From positions 12,191,796-12,255,795 of the forward strand of contig CM082592.2 of assembly GCA_040954595.2 (NCBI GenBank): a stretch of DNA of 64,000 bases, written 5' to 3'. Origin of the DNA: Balanoglossus misakiensis (Eukaryota > Animalia > Hemichordata). Below the pieces are notes generated by a model. It made no database searches. It saw only the letters and a list, made by a program, of their open reading frames with translations, and was not told the DNA's origin. The first letter of the stretch is position 1, and every line of letters begins with the position of its first letter. A program made the position numbers and the translations under genes. Below, in pieces: positions 41,826-54,600 of the stretch.

Positions 41826-43121
41826 GTGAAAAGAGCTGCACACTAAAGTAAATTTGTGTGACCAAGGGTTCACTCCAATGTGGGTCGCTCATATTCCACA
41901 CGTCACTCCCGGACCAAAGAGCCTGTAAATTCTAGACTACCAATGAGATATTACGACTGGGAACTGATGCCGTAAATCTGCCAGCCATCAGCATCATGTA
42001 TTATCATGGTGATTGTGATCCATGGGTTTCAAGTCTTTGGGGAATAATGCATTTTCATATACCAGAATCTACCACCCAACACATGACAAGTTCTGTCAGA
42101 TGGGGTTGCTCACAGGATCATGATTTAGGAGATTGTTTGATTTTTGAAGATGTTATTTCAATAGTTTTCAATCAGAAGATTTAATGTGGACATTTTATGC
42201 TATGCATGCTGTTGTTTTCATTTAAATATTGTTATACAAAATACTGATTTCATTTAGACAAAACAGTTTAAATAGCACTTTGTGTGTGTCGACAATCAAC
42301 AGGTCAGTCTACTTTTTGAAGAGTAAGATTTACAGAAAAGGTTCACCTTATGGAAAGCTTTATACTATAACCCAGATTGAGCCTTTCAGAAAGATAGTCA
42401 TGGTCTGTCAATACTTCAGATGAGCCAATGAATTGTGCTGAATTAATGCTGCTGGTCAAATTGATTAGTTCAGCGATTTCCAACCTTGTGTGCAAATGAT
42501 GATGTAGCTGTTAATGTCTGGAATACATTTTATCAATTTTCAAATTAAAATTTTAATTTAATGGTTTTAAAAATGTGCAATTTCTACTCTCAACCCATGC
42601 AAACTACCGGTAGTCCTTCTATGAATGACCAGCAATCTTTCAACTTGGCCAGAAATGTCCAGGAATTGATTGCAACTCAAAATCGCATCCAAACTATACG
42701 GAAAATATATCACACTCACAGTATTAATTACATCAAGTTGTTTTATTGTCTTACTGAAAAATTTCCAATGGTTTACACTCTAGATTGAATCTCTAAAAAC
42801 TTGCAAAGTGCCAATATTCCTTCACATGAATCCCAGTGTCAGTGAAGTCCATGTAAAAATCACAGTTTGATAGGTGAAGAAAGGTAGGACACCGCTTGGA
42901 ACTTCAGAAATACGTGAAAAGTTCAACTGAAATGTTTATTGCTCCCGAGTGCTTTCTATGCCAGGGCATGTTTACAAGAAGCTGACAAAGGATGAAAAGA
43001 GACTGGTTTGTATGTGCCAAGCATCGAGTCTTTGCAATTGCAATATATTTGTTAACACAGGCTTTCTACAGGATCCTAAATCAACTAGAACTACATGTAT
43101 CTGGAATGTCATCATCCTGTA

Positions 43122-45514
43122 CTACACTTTTCCAGCTTCGTTGAATTTCTTGAACAATGGATCATTTTCCCTAGTTATGAAAGTTAAAGTCTTCTTCTGG
43201 TAGTAATCATTCTGGAGCACTATATTGTCGATAACATCCAGTAAAAGATGAGCTTTTCCGATACCAGTGCCTGGTGCATCAAAGTTGATGTGTGTAAAAT
43301 GTACATGCAGGTGATAATATGATGGCTGGTAGTGGAAGTAAACATGGAGTTGGCTTTCTCTCAAACCATACTCATTACAGATGAATTCCTGTAATGTAAA
43401 GAAAAGAAATAAGTCCACATTCAACTAGCAGAAAATCAAAGAACGAAAATGTGTATACAAACTGCTATTTGTTCAGACTACATTTTTTAATATGGTACAC
43501 TGCTCTGTAAGCCAATATGGTGTGCCCAGGAAACACTAGACAAGTACAGATATACAAGTACTACACAGCAGTTTCTAAAATAAATCAAGTAGGTTGTTTT
43601 ATTAATACGCATATTAGAGGGCACACTAGAACACTTCCATTTGTCTGATGTGTTACACCACAGTTTTGTCAGGGGTGATTAAAACCACTAGTTGGATAGT
43701 TCATTGAATAGACGTTTTCATGATTTTGTCTGACCGCCCAAGAGAGGGTCTATGGACCAGAAAATTAATTGGCTTTGACTTTAACTCTGTAGTGGTTGAG
43801 TGGTTGTGACCAGTTGAATCTGAGACCAGGCTAGTGATTGTCTTTGTTACATGTCCAGAGGCTTAGTGGATCCAAAAAGGATTTGCTCAACCAGGACTGT
43901 GGCTCAACCCTGATATTACAGAAATATATGAACTCCAACAACCCCCAAAAATCCTTTTTCCCTTAGTGGAAACATTGATCAAGCCCAGATTTCACCCAAA
44001 TGATTCACTTACTTTGCCTTTCTTTGCAATATTCTGTAACAATGGAAGATGTTCAGTTGTTAGATCTCTGATGGATTTAATACCTCTCTTGTGACATATA
44101 GCAATGACATAGAGATTCTCAATTTGTTTTTGTTCCCATTTCATATCTGGCATTAACATAAATCCAATCTCTTGGTCGTCATCTTCAAACAGGATTCTCT
44201 CAACTTCCGCTTTCTTTTCCAGAACATTGTACACCCACTGAAAGAATTAGACAAGAAAATACTTTTGGGTAAATGTTCGTTCAGACTAAGGAGAAGTCTA
44301 ACACATGGAAAGAATGGACTCACAGAACTGGAGATTCCTTGAAGTCTGGCAGGTCTCTTAAGTGTACTGAAAATTCACAGACTAGCAAGATATGAATGCA
44401 CATATAATGGGTATGTGGAAATTTTAAATGTACTCTTACATGAAGAGTAGACATTTAAAATTACGATCATTGGCATTCACCAAATATCATACAGGGCGCA
44501 GCATGCAGTTGTGTGTGTGCAGACTGGTGTGGGTGTTGTTGAATAGCTAGTCCAGCCAGTGCCGTGAATGTTGCAGCTAGCAGACAGTGATTGTTATACA
44601 TGTACTTGCATGATTTCTTGATTTGGTCCATTATACCATGGTTACTAGAAGCAACAGTCTCTTGTAAGACTCCTCTAGTAACCATGATTATACAAACCTG
44701 AATGCTGAATGGTTGTGCCTGGATGAACGGCAGTGTGATATCTTGGTAATCAGCTGCAGTCTCTGTTATTAGGTAAACCTGTTGTGCTGTGTATTTCATG
44801 ATATGACGTTCTGTTGCCGGATAGATTATAGTTGTCTTGATACCTGTCAAGAAATCCAGGCAAGATTGTATTAAAATTGTGGGGTTTAAGGGCTAGAACT
44901 ATAGCCAGACAATACATCGGGCATTATTATGATTTTTAAATTTCATAAACCATGCTGCATGATTTTTAATTATAGATACGTCATTACTGGGTACACAAAG
45001 ACATTTCAGGAGAACTACTTTTCATGCAATGCCTTGTGAAATCATAGTGCCAGTGGTAGTAAATGAGGTTAGCAACAGCCTCAGCTTCATCTGCAAAGGT
45101 CACGCGAATGTGAGGATGAAGCTGTTGCTAACTGCTAACTTCACGTACGTGCAAATGTGTCGTGCAAGGTCAAACTGTATTCGCACCCAAAGTCTCTTAT
45201 TTACCATTCAATCTTGGGGGCGGGTATCCAGAATACACCCCATAAATATCATTTTGCATTGTCCTTTCCAACTCTGTGCCGCTAGACAGTGTATCATCGA
45301 TTGTCTGTTTCTCAAAAGCACTTTTCTCCAAGAGAACAACAGCGGGGTCGTTTGATCCCCTGAAATGACCCTGCACGAACATGATCTTCGTTTGGACATT
45401 TTCGTTAAGTATCTTGTCCACAGTGAATCCTGAAAAATCCTTTTTAGCTTTCTGGGCGTCGTCGCTTTCATGTCTGCTTTTCTTCGCTGCTTGCTGAACG
45501 CTGTCGTCTGCCAT
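43122..45514 (-). CDS. DCPS: m7GpppX diphosphatase (scavenger decapping enzyme), 4 exons, ~315 aa
   Basis: Exons 45514-45205, 44843-44298 corrected to 44843-44698, 44237-44013, 43388-43122 total 948 nt. Motifs: [43 protein letters not shown] and the HIT motif [15 protein letters not shown]. Confidence 0.96.
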
Positions 45515-46223
45515 TTTGTTTCTGCTTCTGGGTATAGTGCGCCACCAAGAGATCGTGTGTCCTCTAAAGTAAACAAGTGGCAACGTTTAGGAAGATTACA
45601 TTTACTATTGATAGGGGTGAACTAAAGGAATGTGAGGTTGCGTGGGCATCCGTGTCGCCGCCCGCATCGCTACAGTGTGACCCTTGTCTTAATGATGAGA
45701 CCTTCTCCTAGGCACCTTCAATTACTGTTAAGAGTACAAACATACTCGTCTGGTAAGTCCACAAACAGCCCGCGACCCGTTGTCTTGGCAACAATGATGA
45801 TCTGCTTTAATAAAGACGTCAACTGTGCCAAGTGTCGCAGTAATTGTAATATACGAACTGCAGCCATTAACCGAATGTCTGCGCAGTGGTTTCGATTAGA
45901 AATTTCCATCTGTGGACCAAAACTCGTGCACCGATCGCCGTTACCGAGCACACCTCATTTATATTCGACGACGAACCACCACACAACGTCTCACAACTTG
46001 TACAACGGTCCCTTTTTGAACTTTATGCGATGAAGGACATTCACAGCCGCCGCCATTTTGATTTAAGGAAGCGTGCGCAAAGGACTGTGGGATCGGCCAA
46101 AATTAATTCGAGATACTAATCATGCTAATAAAATTAATTCCAGTCTACATAAAAATAGTTTCTAACACATTAAATTAATAAAACATAATTTTGACCAGAA
46201 CAGATCAAAAGCGCATATATTGT

Positions 46224-46403
46224 CAGACAGATTCGCACCTGTTGACAAACACCCTTATTTGGAAACGCTACAGGCCTGTTCAGAATTCTGACATATGCAC
46301 GGACTAACGGTCAACAGTGAGGTCTGTTCTGGAATTGTAAATGTCGCCACCAAGTGTTGGAAATGTTCGTGACGTCACCCAACCTTTTGAACTAAAATGG
46401 CTG
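46224..46403 (+). repeat. Copy 1 of a dispersed direct repeat with promoter-like motifs
   Basis: CAGACAGATTCGCACCTG and TCTGTTCTGGAATTGTAAATGTCGCCACCAAGTGTTGGAAATGTTCGTGACGTCACCCAACCTTTTGAACTAAAATGGCTGC recur with few changes at 51061-51177. Confidence 0.85.
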
Positions 46404-46624
46404 CTGCACGCGAGTGAAAGGTCGATAGGGTAAGTGCGCGAGTCGAAGAGTTCCTGCCCAGCTACCATGTGGGCAGTGGTGAGGCTTATCCCTGGGGAGG
46501 CAGCTGACGTAAGGTCGCGTGTTGATGACATGACCCAAGGTCATCTATCATCCACCGAGAGCGCATGTGCAGCTACAGTGTACATACGGAGAAAGTACGG
46601 TGTTTTGGTGTGGGAGGCACATAT

Positions 46625-47407
46625 AAGGGAGCATTCGTTTTTTACAGGGAGGGGGGGGCCGGTGGAAATCAAGGGGGGGTTTACTTTTACAAAGCAGTTT
46701 TTAGGGGGGGACAAATTTTATAATCAAGGGATTATTATATAGGGACTGAAAGGGGGGGGGGACTTGAAAACTTTGACGGCTAAATATTTATTTTGAGTCC
46801 ACAAAAATGCAGTTTCGCGTCCTTTATTTTACAAAATTTTCTAATGTGGGAGGGGGACACCCCCTCCCACACCCACCCCCTCCATTCATCAACACCTTTC
46901 AATCATTGACTGGTTTATCTAGTGTCCCAGGTCAGGGGACTTGCCCCCACCCCATGATAACTTTGAGCGGCGACGGTTAAATTTGTCCTCCCCAACATAC
47001 CAGTAGTTGAGTTAATTTGCTTTTGCCGGGTTCATTAAAATTCAGCTTTGAGCTCTGTATTTTATAAAATTTTCTTACGTGGGAGGGGGACACCCCCTCC
47101 AAAACCCATCCCCTTCAATTCTCGGTTTACAATGTGTCCCAACACAGAGTACAAATACTTAAAAAATAAAAGCAATGTTCAGTGAAGGGGTACATCAGTT
47201 TCGAATTCTTTTCATGGGATAGATACTAGGTGATGTGTTTTGCTCTGTGAAAGAAAATGGGGGGGGGGGATTTCAAAATTTTAGCAGTTCGGAAGGGGGG
47301 GATTTGAAAATATTTCGGTTGTGTACGGGGGGCATGTGAAAATTAGCGGTAAAAAATTGAATTCTCCCGCCCCCCCCCCATCCAGAGGTGTTTGTGAATG
47401 CAGCCTA
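46625..47407. mobile_element. Probable non-autonomous DNA transposon remnant, ~780 bp, with G/C-run-rich subterminal repeats
   Basis: Imperfect inverted ends AGGGAGCATTC.../...GAATGCAGCCT, poly-G and poly-C tracts near the two ends, and an internal repeat AAAATTTTCT..GTGGGAGGGGGACACCCC near 46833 and 47065. Superfamily not determined. Confidence 0.45.
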
Positions 47408-48458
47408 AGTAAACTAATTTGAGTTGATGGCTGGGGAAAGTAATCGTGGATGAAAATTTCAGAGCATGGTTTGATGATGACCTACCACGTGGGTGGAAAA
47501 TACTCCTGCCATGTGGGTGGAAGCATGCTCCGATAGAAATTATGGAATGTTTGGTTAAAGTAAGTGGATTACAACTTGATATAGGTAAGTAAACTAATTT
47601 GAGTTGATAGCTGGGGAAAGTAATCGTGGATGAAAATTTCAGAGCATGGTTTGATGATGACCTGCCACGTGGGTGGAAAATACTCCTGCCATGTGGGTGG
47701 AAGCATGCTCCGATAGAAATTATGGAATGATTAATTTCCCCAGCTATCAACTCAAATTAGTTTACTTACCTATATCAAGTTGTAATCCACTTACTTTAAC
47801 CAAACATTCCATAATTTCTATCGGAGCATGCTTCCACCCACATGGCAGGAGTATTTTCCACCCACGTGGCAGGTCATCATCAAACCATGCTCTGAAATTT
47901 TCATCCACGATTACTTTCCCCAGCTATCAACTCAAATTAGTTTACTTACCTATATCAAGTTGTAATCCACTTACTTTAACCAAACATTCCATAATTTCTA
48001 TCGGAGCATGCTTCCACCCACATGGCAGGAGTATTTTCCACCCACGTGGTAGGTCATCATCAAACCATGCTCTGAAATTTTCATCCACGATTACTTTCCC
48101 CAGCTATCAACTCAAATTAGTTTACTTACCTATATCAAGTTGTAATCCACTTACTTTAACCAAACATTCCATAATTTCTATCGGAGCATGCTTCCACCCA
48201 CATGGCAGGAGTATTTTCCACCCACGTGGTAGGTCATCATCAAACCATGCTCTGAAATTTTCATCCACGATTACTTTCCCCAGCTATCAACTCAAATTAG
48301 TTTACTTACCTATATCAAGTTGTAATCCACTTACTTTAACCAAACATTCCATAATTTTTATCGGAGCATGCTTCCACCCACATGGCAGGAGTATTTTCCA
48401 CCCACGTGGTAGGTCATCATCAAACCATGCTCTGAAATTTTCATCCATGATTACTTTC
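47406..48458. repeat. 180-bp tandem satellite with internal inversion: ~1.8 reverse copies (47406-47729) and ~4 forward copies (47735-48458)
   Basis: Identical sequence starts at 47761, 47941, 48121 and 48301. The segment 47406-47729 is the reverse complement of ~47805-48128. Confidence 0.95.
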
Positions 48459-49203
48459 TCCTATAAAAATCAAAGATAAAGTTGCAACTCGCGGGGCTTT
48501 AATTGATAGAAAGATCAGAAGTTTTAAATAAATAAAAAAACTCGAGGATGGGAACGGAACAGTTACAATTTGAAAGTTCAACAATGCTGGTTTGGTAATT
48601 TGCTTAGCATAGCAACCAACAAGCATTTGTATGCAGACGTTACCAACAAAACGGCATTTGGATTTTCCGAAATCACCCTTGACATATAACAAACTAGTTT
48701 TATAGTTCTACAGTATTATCGACTTCTCACCCATTATTCGATATAATGGCATATCGGCACCTACCAGCATCTTTCTTTTACAAATTTTAACTGGGGAGTT
48801 ACATGGTATTGATTATCGAATAACAGCGGCTGCAGCTTGACATTATTACCATAAAATATTAGACTATTTAACAAAGACATACATGACACTCATTACCATT
48901 TAACATTTTACAATATGTTTTCACTTAGAAATTCAACGCTATAACAAACTCAAACCTTAGTTTCTGAATGATAATTTGTATGATGTCAAATCAGGTGTTC
49001 GTCACGATCTCTCCTATGGCATAAGACAACTAGAGAGATTGGTCAGTTATTTTGTGATCAAATGACTTGCTAGAGACCTACTTCTACCTGTAGTAGACTC
49101 TAGACACAATCTTCATTTTTAGAACTTATTATCAATTTTCCCCATCATAGACGAAATGGCATGGTATATAGACTATAGGGACCGATCATGGTGATTTTGA
49201 TGA

Positions 49204-49350
49204 TGGTAACAACAACAACAATACAACATAATACAATGCAATGCAATGTAATAATAATAACAATACAAAAACAACAACGACGACGACAACAATAATAGTA
49301 ATAATAATGATGATGATGATGATGATCATCATCATCATAATAATAATACC
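49204..49350 (+). repeat. Compound trinucleotide microsatellite (AAC/AAT/GAC/GAT)
   Basis: Runs of aac, aat, gac and gat are directly visible. Confidence 0.85.
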
Positions 49351-50809
49351 AAAGCCTCAAAAATGTTTACAGATAAAAACATAAAGTAAATACAATGACA
49401 CTGCAATGAAAATATCTACCCGCAAAATAAAATCGAAATCGAACATCTTATTTTTTAAAAATTCATCACAGCAGAGTAAAAACAAAATTATAAAAGAAAA
49501 CTTGTGGAGCGTTCCCATATCACAAGTAATTTATGTAAAAATGTCTATTCTAACCTAAAACATGCGCTAAAACAAATGAAGTGGCTAGCACCCAAAAATA
49601 ATAAAACATCAAAGTTTTAATCAACCATTTAAAGATTGTTAACAAAGTGTGTTTCGATGTCGTTAAACTTAGCCACAATATGAGCTGTACAAGACTTTTT
49701 TTGCATTACAAAGTACAGTAATTCATTAAAATTGTCTTTTTGCTAATTGTAGATTAAAGAGACATACTATCTAAAAAAATGTCATGCTTAAAATTCAAAT
49801 AGCAGCTATATTTCGTGGTTTACGTATCTTTGTTGTAGGATCGTACATCGTAATCGTATTATGTTGGTTGGGGTATGAACAGAAACGACTACGTTAACAT
49901 TTCACATTGAGGGCGTTCTCCACATGCTACCCCCCCCCCCCCCTCCCTCCGCCGCTCGCTCGCTCACTTCGGACATCGTATACCACTGATACGATGGACC
50001 AACTGTCCTGTCATGATAAAGCGTGTAAAGAACGCAGTAAACTGAATGCTACTTTATACAGTATACTATAGTATTTCGAGTCAATTTCCCGATCCAGTAT
50101 GCCTCCATAGGTGCCCCAAATTGAGAAAGATCGCGCGTTTTTCCGACGTTTAGTGTGCATCACATTCACAACGATATTTTTGAAATCTAGGCTATATTTA
50201 CCCAGATCGATTTTCATGAAGTAATTTCACATCTGCACGTCGTATGTTACAGTAAATAAGACGTTAGCATAGTGCGAACGTCGAAAGAAGAGTGCATGCG
50301 TTGGAATGCGGAACTACGTGACTATCTGTCACTCTCTCTTGCACTAACTGTGAAATTTCCGCAAATAATGGTTTTTAAATTCTTTAGACACAACGAAATA
50401 ACATTTCCGTGTAGTAATTTTAAGAACTGGAGGCTGTATTTTGCATGAAATAGTGCGAACGCGCAGACTACGAATGCAAATGTGATCTGCGTCCCCTGGG
50501 ATCCACCACAGCTCTGCTCACATGGTAGGAAGGCAGGTTCTCTCTGACGCGCGCACATACTATCTGGAAAGGTCACTCAAAGCAGTTTTGTCAACAAATT
50601 TTTCCTGTTAATATGTGTGGAAGATTTTTTTTTTCAACTTTGTTATATGCAACTAGTTTGATATTATTCTTGGTAAGGAAAAAAACTCAGCCTTTCTCGA
50701 TCTTTTTTGATCAGAATTTTGCATCTCAGCTAAAATATAAATTGCATTGCGGACAAACAGTTCGGATAGCATACACGACATGCAATCGAGGTCACTCACA
50801 ATTTCTGTT

Positions 50810-50863
50810 TGGCTAATTAATTATCAATTTCGACCCTGGCTAATTAATTATTAATTTCGACCC
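50810..50863 (+). repeat. Tandem ~27-bp duplication
   Basis: TGGCTAATTAATTATCAATTTCGACCC is followed by TGGCTAATTAATTATTAATTTCGACCC. Confidence 0.8.
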
Positions 50864-51060
50864 GACAATTCTGATTGGTCACATATCAGCGCACAACAGA
50901 AACAGGTAGACCACAACACTTGTGATTGGTCAATTAGGATCTACACTCTTTGAACAGTTGTGCAACGTAGACGCTCCAACTTATGTTGACCCGGGCGTTG
51001 ACCTAATTCAACACGCCTGTTCACAAAATTTAAATATATATTGAAAACGTGGTACATTGC

Positions 51061-51177
51061 CAGACAGATTCGCACCTGGTAGGCAAAGAGATTGATATCT
51101 GTTCGGGAATTGTAAATGTCGCCACCAGGCGTTGGAAATTTTCGTGAGGTCACCCAACTTTTTAAACTAAAGGCTGC
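51061..51177 (+). repeat. Copy 2 of the dispersed direct repeat, upstream of PIPOX
   Basis: Homologous to 46224-46403, with a shorter internal spacer. Confidence 0.85.
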
Positions 51178-51327
51178 GCGCAGTCTAGTCATGTTTGTTA
51201 TTATTGATTGGCATAATAAACACCGAAAGTTTGTTTGTTTGTTTGTTTGTTTGTTTGTTGTTTAATTATTTAAAAATATGATCACGCTTGTTTACCGTTG
51301 GCTGCGCTGTTGAAAAGGTTACAAAGC

Positions 51328-51517
51328 TATAGGGCAGGTTTGTCTTAACCGCCATCTTGGAAACAAGGTGCGTTGTGGGATAGAATTGGAGGGTTTTGGA
51401 GGGGTAATTATGCACATGTGCATAATGAACCCTCCAATTATCCCTCCAAAACCTTCCAATTCTATCCCACAACGCACCTTGTTTCCAAGATGGCGGTTAA
51501 GACAAACCTGCCCTATA
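51328..51517. mobile_element. ~190-bp near-perfect palindromic MITE in the PIPOX promoter
   Basis: TATAGGGCAGGTTTGTCTTAACCGCCATCTTGGAAACAAGGTGCGTTGTGGGATAGAATTGG... is mirrored by ...CCAATTCTATCCCACAACGCACCTTGTTTCCAAGATGGCGGTTAAGACAAACCTGCCCTATA. Flanks are TA/AT type. Internal palindrome ATTATGCACATGTGCATAAT. Confidence 0.88.
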
Positions 51518-51689
51518 AGTGGAAGTTGGCGCTCCAGAGGCGTATGGTTGCCTGACATACGGTGACCTCGCCATTAATCTTTATTATGACAAAGTCTCCA
51601 GAGGACAAACATTGATTAAGTGTGCATTGGTGTAGGATAACGGCTGGTCAACGATTGTATTCCACGAGCGACTTCAGGCGTTAGTTTAC

Positions 51690-54600
51690 ATGAAAATGTC
51701 GACTGCTACCGATACTGTTATTTGGGATGCAGTTGTAGTCGGTGCTGGTATTGAAGGATCAGCTACAGCGTATCATCTCGCCAAAAAGAAGCAGAAGACG
51801 CTGTTATTAGAACAGGTATATCTTTGCATCAGTTATTGTTTGCCTTTCTGGGTGCTTTATAGGCGACACCCCCGGGGCGACGCACACGGAGACACTCGAC
51901 ACGCAAGGTTATGTTTTAAACGAGAAAATTAGTGCATAATACTATCTTAAAATACTGAATGTGTACGATGTATCGCTGCACTAGCTCTTGGGGTTGTGGG
52001 TGCTTCAATTACGAATTTTGATGGTAGTTTAAAATTTGTCTCAATGTTATAAATAGTAAAATTACGACCAGATTTCAGTTAACAGCTTTTTTCCGAACTA
52101 CCCAATACGCCTGGTGTTCGCCGAGGATATGGCCAGGCCATTGCGGTATTCCCGCAAAAATTAGAGGTGACGCAATTGTTACAATCTCAATTCTAGGGGC
52201 ATACTGCACTGTAGGTCATACAGGCTATCAGGCTGTGAAGCTGGCTGTCACAGTTCAGTGTCAGCTCAAACAAAGTCACGATACCTACAAATTACAATAC
52301 AATGGAATCTGCCTGCAATACTAGTATAGTCTCGGTTACCCAGACTCCTCTGCTTCTTCTGTAACCGAGATATGTGCAATATGCACATAGTCTAAAATTG
52401 AACGTTTCTTTGAAACAAAATACTACCAAATCACTCTTTATGAAATAAATAACACCGTTTACATGTAAACACTGGGCCAGGCCTGACATTGTACATCCTG
52501 AAGGTCATGCATACAAAAAGTGCTTCCATATGCAAATAACGACGCAGAGTGGTGGACCCCTGTGCTTGAGCCTGACCCAGGACCAGGAGCAGGAAAGTCT
52601 TTTGTTTAAAGTTTATTTTCTGACATAAACCAAATGTAAGGTAACGGTGTGAACTAAGCTTTAAGTGATTATTAATATTTTTGTAAAAGCCATCATGTTG
52701 ACAAGTAGGAAACAGTATTACAATAACAGCACTTTATCGTGGTCTACTCGTGATTGAAAATATTATTATAAACAAACAAACAAATAAATAAATAATGTAT
52801 ATGATGAATTTTAAAATACAATAATAGGGAGAAAACATGGTGTTGTCCCATTGTACCTTGTCAGTTACAGTGTCTGAAATATTGTGGAAAATGCTGAGTC
52901 AGCACTTTTATTGCACTCCTATCTGAACAGCACTATAAAATATAAGGTTTTCTTCATATCATGTAAAAATACTTTTCTGTTGGCATCTTTTGTGAAAATT
53001 TCAAGAAAATGACCATATGTAATATTGTTTTCTCATCATTCTACATGTAAGGCTTTGGAAAGTGCAGTAATCTTCAATGCTACACGTTATAGTATCAACC
53101 TCCAATCATATTATGTAGCCATCATTTTTGCTACTTTCAGTTTGGATTACCACACAGTAGAGGGAGCTCACATGGTCAGAGTAGAATTGTTCGCTATGGG
53201 TATGAGGAAGACTATTATACAGCCATGATGCCTGATGCTTTCAATCAATGGCATGACATTGAGAAAAAAGCAAATGTTGCCCTCATAAAGTAAGTTACGG
53301 ATAAAATATTAAAGACCTCGCTACTGTATTTTTTTTTACATACAAAGGACTTTGCTACTGTATTTTTTACATAGAAAGGTCTTAAATCTAAAGATGTTTT
53401 AGTCAGTGTGCCCTCTGAAAATATAATTCTTTTAAGCATTGAGTTAATTTGAGTCAGCCCTTTACCTTTGCATGTAGAGTTGATAATTTTCTTGAGTCAA
53501 CAGTGAGTTTGTTGAGTCAGTGGCACGTGATATGGGCTTTAGGGCACGCTGTTTGTAGCAGGCAAAAAACCTGACCAGAATACTCACGTAGCAAAGCTTG
53601 TTTACTCGATCGCTGCAATACAATACATGGATGGGAAATCAAACAGGTTTTTCATGTAACTTTTGTTTCATAACAAAAGAAACTACTGTGCACCTTGTCT
53701 TTCAAGTGCAACCTCCAATGAAATATTACCATGAATTGGTGTCAGATCATGCAAATGTCCATTAAATCTCCGTCCTATTTTTAAACCTGAATAACACGTG
53801 TGAACACAAAATTTTAAAGACGCTGATATATACACAAGTGGCCCGTCGAACTTGTTTTTTATTATTTATTATACTTCGGCTAGGTATGCATTACAAGTTA
53901 CGGTGTTTTAGAGTTGTTGTTGTTGTGTGGAGCTGCCAGTACATGCATGTACCATATATGAAGCATGAATTTTTGCACATCACTCACATTTTATAATTAC
54001 TTTGATTGTTACCAGGGAAACAGGTATTCTAACAGTAGACCAAGCACCATATGTGGAGTACAATAAAAAGAAGGCTGTCCTGAGTAAAGCAAACATCAAT
54101 TTTCATGAGTTCTCTGACCAGGAAGTAAAAACTAGGTATCCTTATATACATTATGGACCAGATTACAAATTCCTGTTAGAAGAAAAGTCTGGTATAATCA
54201 GAGCTGACAAGGCATTACTCACATTGCAGGTAAAGTATGCATATTCCCATGTCTCTTATAAAGCCATATGGCAAGATGAGTCAATCGGTTGAGTTAAACT
54301 GTAGTGTTCTTCCAACAGTTACATTTTGCAATCGTGTAAATGGGAAATGTTGATCACTGAAAACATTTAGTCTTATGTGAGGGTACATCCCTTGGTGTAT
54401 CAGTTGCAGTATTAACAATATTATAAGTAGAGAGAGTGGCAACAACAGCAACAATAACAACCACAACAATTATAATAAATGATCTCCAAAAAGTGTAGAT
54501 TTTATTATCGTGATTTTGTGATATTTATTTTAGAGGCTATATATTAATGATGGTGGAATGATACAAGACGAAGAGAAGTTGTTAGATATATCACCAGGAA

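Noticed and set aside
44495-44542. Cys-rich mini-frame [15 protein letters not shown] on + inside a DCPS intron, considered as the missing HDAC6 ZnF exon or a metallothionein exon
   Set aside because: It does not match ZnF-UBP, the acceptor is weak, and TG-rich low complexity explains the cysteines.
45632-46119. ORFs of 77-133 aa upstream of DCPS
   Set aside because: GC-richer promoter-proximal sequence with no recognisable domain.
47406-48458. Possible CRISPR-like array
   Set aside because: The units are contiguous near-identical repeats without unique spacers, in a eukaryotic context with no cas genes.
47673-48479. 268-aa ORF with 60-aa repeats, and the minus-strand ORF 47343-47750
   Set aside because: By-product of a stop-free frame in the 180-bp satellite (a multiple of 3); no recognisable protein features.
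51266-51565. Four overlapping ORFs on both strands
   Set aside because: They arise from the palindromic MITE.
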